DNA of 64,000 nt from Thermodesulfobacteriota bacterium. Lineage in GTDB: Bacteria; Desulfobacterota_D; UBA1144; Nemesobacterales; JAJCZQ01. Below the pieces are notes generated by a model. The model saw only the letters and a program-made list of their open reading frames with translations. It did no database searches and had not been told where the DNA came from. How positions within the stretch are numbered: position 1 is the stretch's first letter; each line of letters begins with the position of its first letter. The position numbers and the translations under genes are program-made. Positions 61,465 through 64,000 of the stretch are shown here, piece after piece. The stretch covers positions 1,664,001 through 1,728,000 of the forward strand of contig OZ244044.1 in assembly GCA_965215275.1 (NCBI GenBank). The letters run 5' to 3'.

Positions 61465-62727
61465 ATGCAGGGTAATTTTAACGAATGGATCAATGCTTTC
61501 GACGGTTCAAGGACCCACAGGTTCTTCAGTGCCTTGGAGATGGGTAAAAGTGCTGTTTTCAACCCACCGTCAAAACTGTCCGCGATCCTGGAAAGGGTTC
61601 TCGGTGGCAGAACGATAAACAGGGACGAGTCCCTTTATCTGACCGAACTTGAACCAAAGGACGTTCCGTATCTTTTATACGCGGCATCCGAGGTAAGGGA
61701 TGAGGGAAAAGGGAACGAACTTTCCTACACAAAGAATATATTCGTCCCTCTGACGCGGGTCTGCAGGGACCGCTGCGGATACTGCACGTTCAGGATAGAA
61801 CCTGGTGAAGCTGAACTGTTCGTTACCATGGAAGAGGTCCTTGCAATGGCCGACAAGGGAGCCGCTCTTGGGTGTAAGGAACTGCTGTTCGTTCTGGGTG
61901 ATAAACCTGAGCTTAAGTACGAAGAATACAGAAAGGCACTGAACGGCATCGGCTACCGGACCACTGCGGAGTATTTAATAGACGTCTGTAATGCAAGTCT
62001 GGAAAGAAATATTTATCCTCACTCCAATCTCGGACTGTCAGACCCGCAGGAACTGTCGGCATTAAGGCGGTCCAATCCGAGTATGGGGCTTATGCTTGAA
62101 AATATCAGCGAACGATTACTGAAGAAAGGACAGGCACATCATGGATGTGCCGATAAGGTACCGAAACTGAGAATGCAGACGATGAGACACGCGGGTGAGT
62201 TGAGAATTCCCTGGACGTCTGGAATACTTGTCGGAATAGGGGAGACTTGGGAAGAAAGAGTGGATTCGCTCTTCGCTCTGAAGCAGCTTAACGATGAGTA
62301 TGGGCATATTCAGGAGATCATCGTTCAGAATTTCAGTCCCAAGAGCGGAATAAGAATGGAAAAGTTCCCTCCTCCTTCTTTTAACGATATGTTGAAGACG
62401 GTGGCAATATCGCGGCTGATCTTCGGAAAGGATATGAACGTCCAGATACCTCCTAATCTGAACGGAGAGAGCTATGCCCTTTATCTGCTTGCAGGAATAA
62501 ACGACCTTGGGGGCGTTTCACCTCTTACGATCGATTATGTAAATCCCGAGTGTCTGTGGCCTCAGGTCGATGAGATGACGGAAGAGGTCGAGGCAATGGG
62601 ATTTGAGCTGAGGGAGAGACTGCCCGTTTATCCTGAGTTCATAAGTGAAGAATTTATTGACCCCGATGTACTTCAGAGGATCAGAGGTGAGACCGACGGA
62701 TCAGGATTTATCCACAAGGAGACCTAG
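61465..62727 (+). CDS. cofG: FO synthase subunit 1 (start uncertain: 61393 or 61465)
   Basis: F.PLT..CRDRCGYCTF, SMGLMLE, TSGILVGIGET, Q.PPNL and D.GGVSP.T.D.VNPE motifs. Confidence 0.93.
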   Translation: MQGNFNEWINAFDGSRTHRFFSALEMGKSAVFNPPSKLSAILERVLGGRTINRDESLYLTELEPKDVPYLLYAASEVRDEGKGNELSYTKNIFVPLTRVCRDRCGYCTFRIEPGEAELFVTMEEVLAMADKGAALGCKELLFVLGDKPELKYEEYRKALNGIGYRTTAEYLIDVCNASLERNIYPHSNLGLSDPQELSALRRSNPSMGLMLENISERLLKKGQAHHGCADKVPKLRMQTMRHAGELRIPWTSGILVGIGETWEERVDSLFALKQLNDEYGHIQEIIVQNFSPKSGIRMEKFPPPSFNDMLKTVAISRLIFGKDMNVQIPPNLNGESYALYLLAGINDLGGVSPLTIDYVNPECLWPQVDEMTEEVEAMGFELRERLPVYPEFISEEFIDPDVLQRIRGETDGSGFIHKET

Positions 62728-62730
62728 TCA

Positions 62731-63948
62731 ATGGAAGATATAAAGGATCTAATGCCTGTTATGGAAGAAAACCGTGCTGCCGGGCTTGATAGTGCCTTAT
62801 CGAAAGTCAACGGTATGACGGGCGCCATAATTGATAAGGCCCTGTGTGGCGGTGAAATAACCGTCAAGGAAGGAGAGCACCTGTTCTATATCGATGATCC
62901 GAGGGAGATCTCCACTCTGGCACTTGCCGCTGACCGTATAAGGAAGGACGACGTCGGGGACGTGGTTACTTACGTTGTGAACAGAAATATCAACTTTACT
63001 AATATCTGCAACGTTTACTGTGGTTTTTGTAACTTTATGGCACCGGAGGGGGACGAAAGAGCGTACTTTCTCTCCATGGACGAAGTTGCTGAAAGGACCA
63101 GGGAGGCCTGGGAGATCGGAGCAACAGAGGTCTGCATGCAGGGGGGAATGCATCCCGAGATCGATGGTAACTACTACGTTGATCTGATCAGAACCGTAAA
63201 GAAAGCCGTACCGGAGATGCATACTCATTCCTTCTCACCCTACGAGGTATGGTATGGAGCGGATACCCTTAACGTTCCGGAAGAGGATTTCATTGAGATG
63301 CTCAAAGACGTTGGTCACAATACTTTTCCCGGCACGGCAGCAGAAGTCTTGGTTGAAGACGTAAGAAAACTGATAGCACCGCGGAAGATCCCGACCCACG
63401 TCTGGATAAGGGTGGTGAAAAAGGCACACATGGCAGGGGTAAGAACTACTTCCACTATAATGTACGGTCATCTTGACGAACCTCATCACTGGGCTGTACA
63501 TCTTGGTATACTCAGGGACATCCAGAAGGAAACAGGTGGATTTACAGAGTTTGTACCGCTTAGGTTCATACCCTGGAACACGAGACTTTATACCCATTCA
63601 AAGGGTAAGGTCCAGAAGGGGCCTACGGATGTAGATCAGCTCAAGATGTACGCGGTTTCCAGACTTATGCTCAGGGGCTGGATAAATAATATTCAAGTCT
63701 CCTGGGTCAAGCAGGGTCCGGAATTTGCTCAGTTTTCCCTGACAGCGGGAGCTAACGACTTTGGAGGCACGCTAATGGAGGAGCAGATATCAAGATTTGC
63801 CGGTGCAAGCTACGGTCAGTATTTTCCACCGGAGGAATTTAGAAAGCTCACTCGTGAGATCGGAAGAGTTCCGGTGGAGAGGAGTACTACTTACGGTATT
63901 CTCAAGACTTTTGATGATAATGACAACGTTATTTCTGCAGTTTCCTGA
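62731..63948 (+). CDS. cofH: FO synthase subunit 2
   Basis: VVNRNINFTNIC...C.FC, EVCMQGG, PGTAAE, TSTIMYGH, IQVSWVK and GGTLMEE motifs; follows cofG. Confidence 0.92.
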   Translation: MEDIKDLMPVMEENRAAGLDSALSKVNGMTGAIIDKALCGGEITVKEGEHLFYIDDPREISTLALAADRIRKDDVGDVVTYVVNRNINFTNICNVYCGFCNFMAPEGDERAYFLSMDEVAERTREAWEIGATEVCMQGGMHPEIDGNYYVDLIRTVKKAVPEMHTHSFSPYEVWYGADTLNVPEEDFIEMLKDVGHNTFPGTAAEVLVEDVRKLIAPRKIPTHVWIRVVKKAHMAGVRTTSTIMYGHLDEPHHWAVHLGILRDIQKETGGFTEFVPLRFIPWNTRLYTHSKGKVQKGPTDVDQLKMYAVSRLMLRGWINNIQVSWVKQGPEFAQFSLTAGANDFGGTLMEEQISRFAGASYGQYFPPEEFRKLTREIGRVPVERSTTYGILKTFDDNDNVISAVS

Positions 63949-64000
63949 TCGACACACGGTTTTATTAGAGAATAATTCCTCCATCCCGAATATCATTGTC

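Noticed and set aside
63962..64000. 3' end of a minus-strand gene at the window edge (DNDIRDGGIIL*)
   Set aside because: Only 11 codons are visible, so it cannot be identified.

Overview
Bacterial chromosomal segment dominated by housekeeping genes: hemL, a split Fo ATP synthase cluster, cca, xseA, thyX, queEC, methylmalonyl-CoA mutase with meaB, nuoG/H, pyrF/pyrE, priA, glnE, carD, murQ-anmK-nagZ, egtBD, metG, holB-tmk, rluB, cofGH and tRNA-Pro(CGG). The gene content and order resemble a deltaproteobacteria-like lineage, possibly Dadabacteria (inference only). Several AT-rich accessory patches interrupt the core genes. The strongest signal is two unrelated tnpB genes, each the sole cargo of an element bounded by terminal inverted repeats of one family (GGGA-nn-TATATACTT). 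One element (60035-61337) has perfect 24-bp TIRs and an exact 8-bp target-site duplication (TTCTATAT). That is the footprint of a DDE transposon (IS1595-like), not of the IS200/IS605 or IS607 elements that usually carry TnpB. A 1,100-aa surface protein has lost its whole subtilase catalytic triad, and a poly-C tract puts its signal peptide out of frame with its start codon (candidate phase variation). A DUF488 two-gene candidate conflict module sits at the tRNA 3' end. There are also several apparent pseudo-enzymes, two locally duplicated orphan gene families, and cbiX, IS3 and RhuM remnants. All calls come from motif recognition by eye; no database searches were run.
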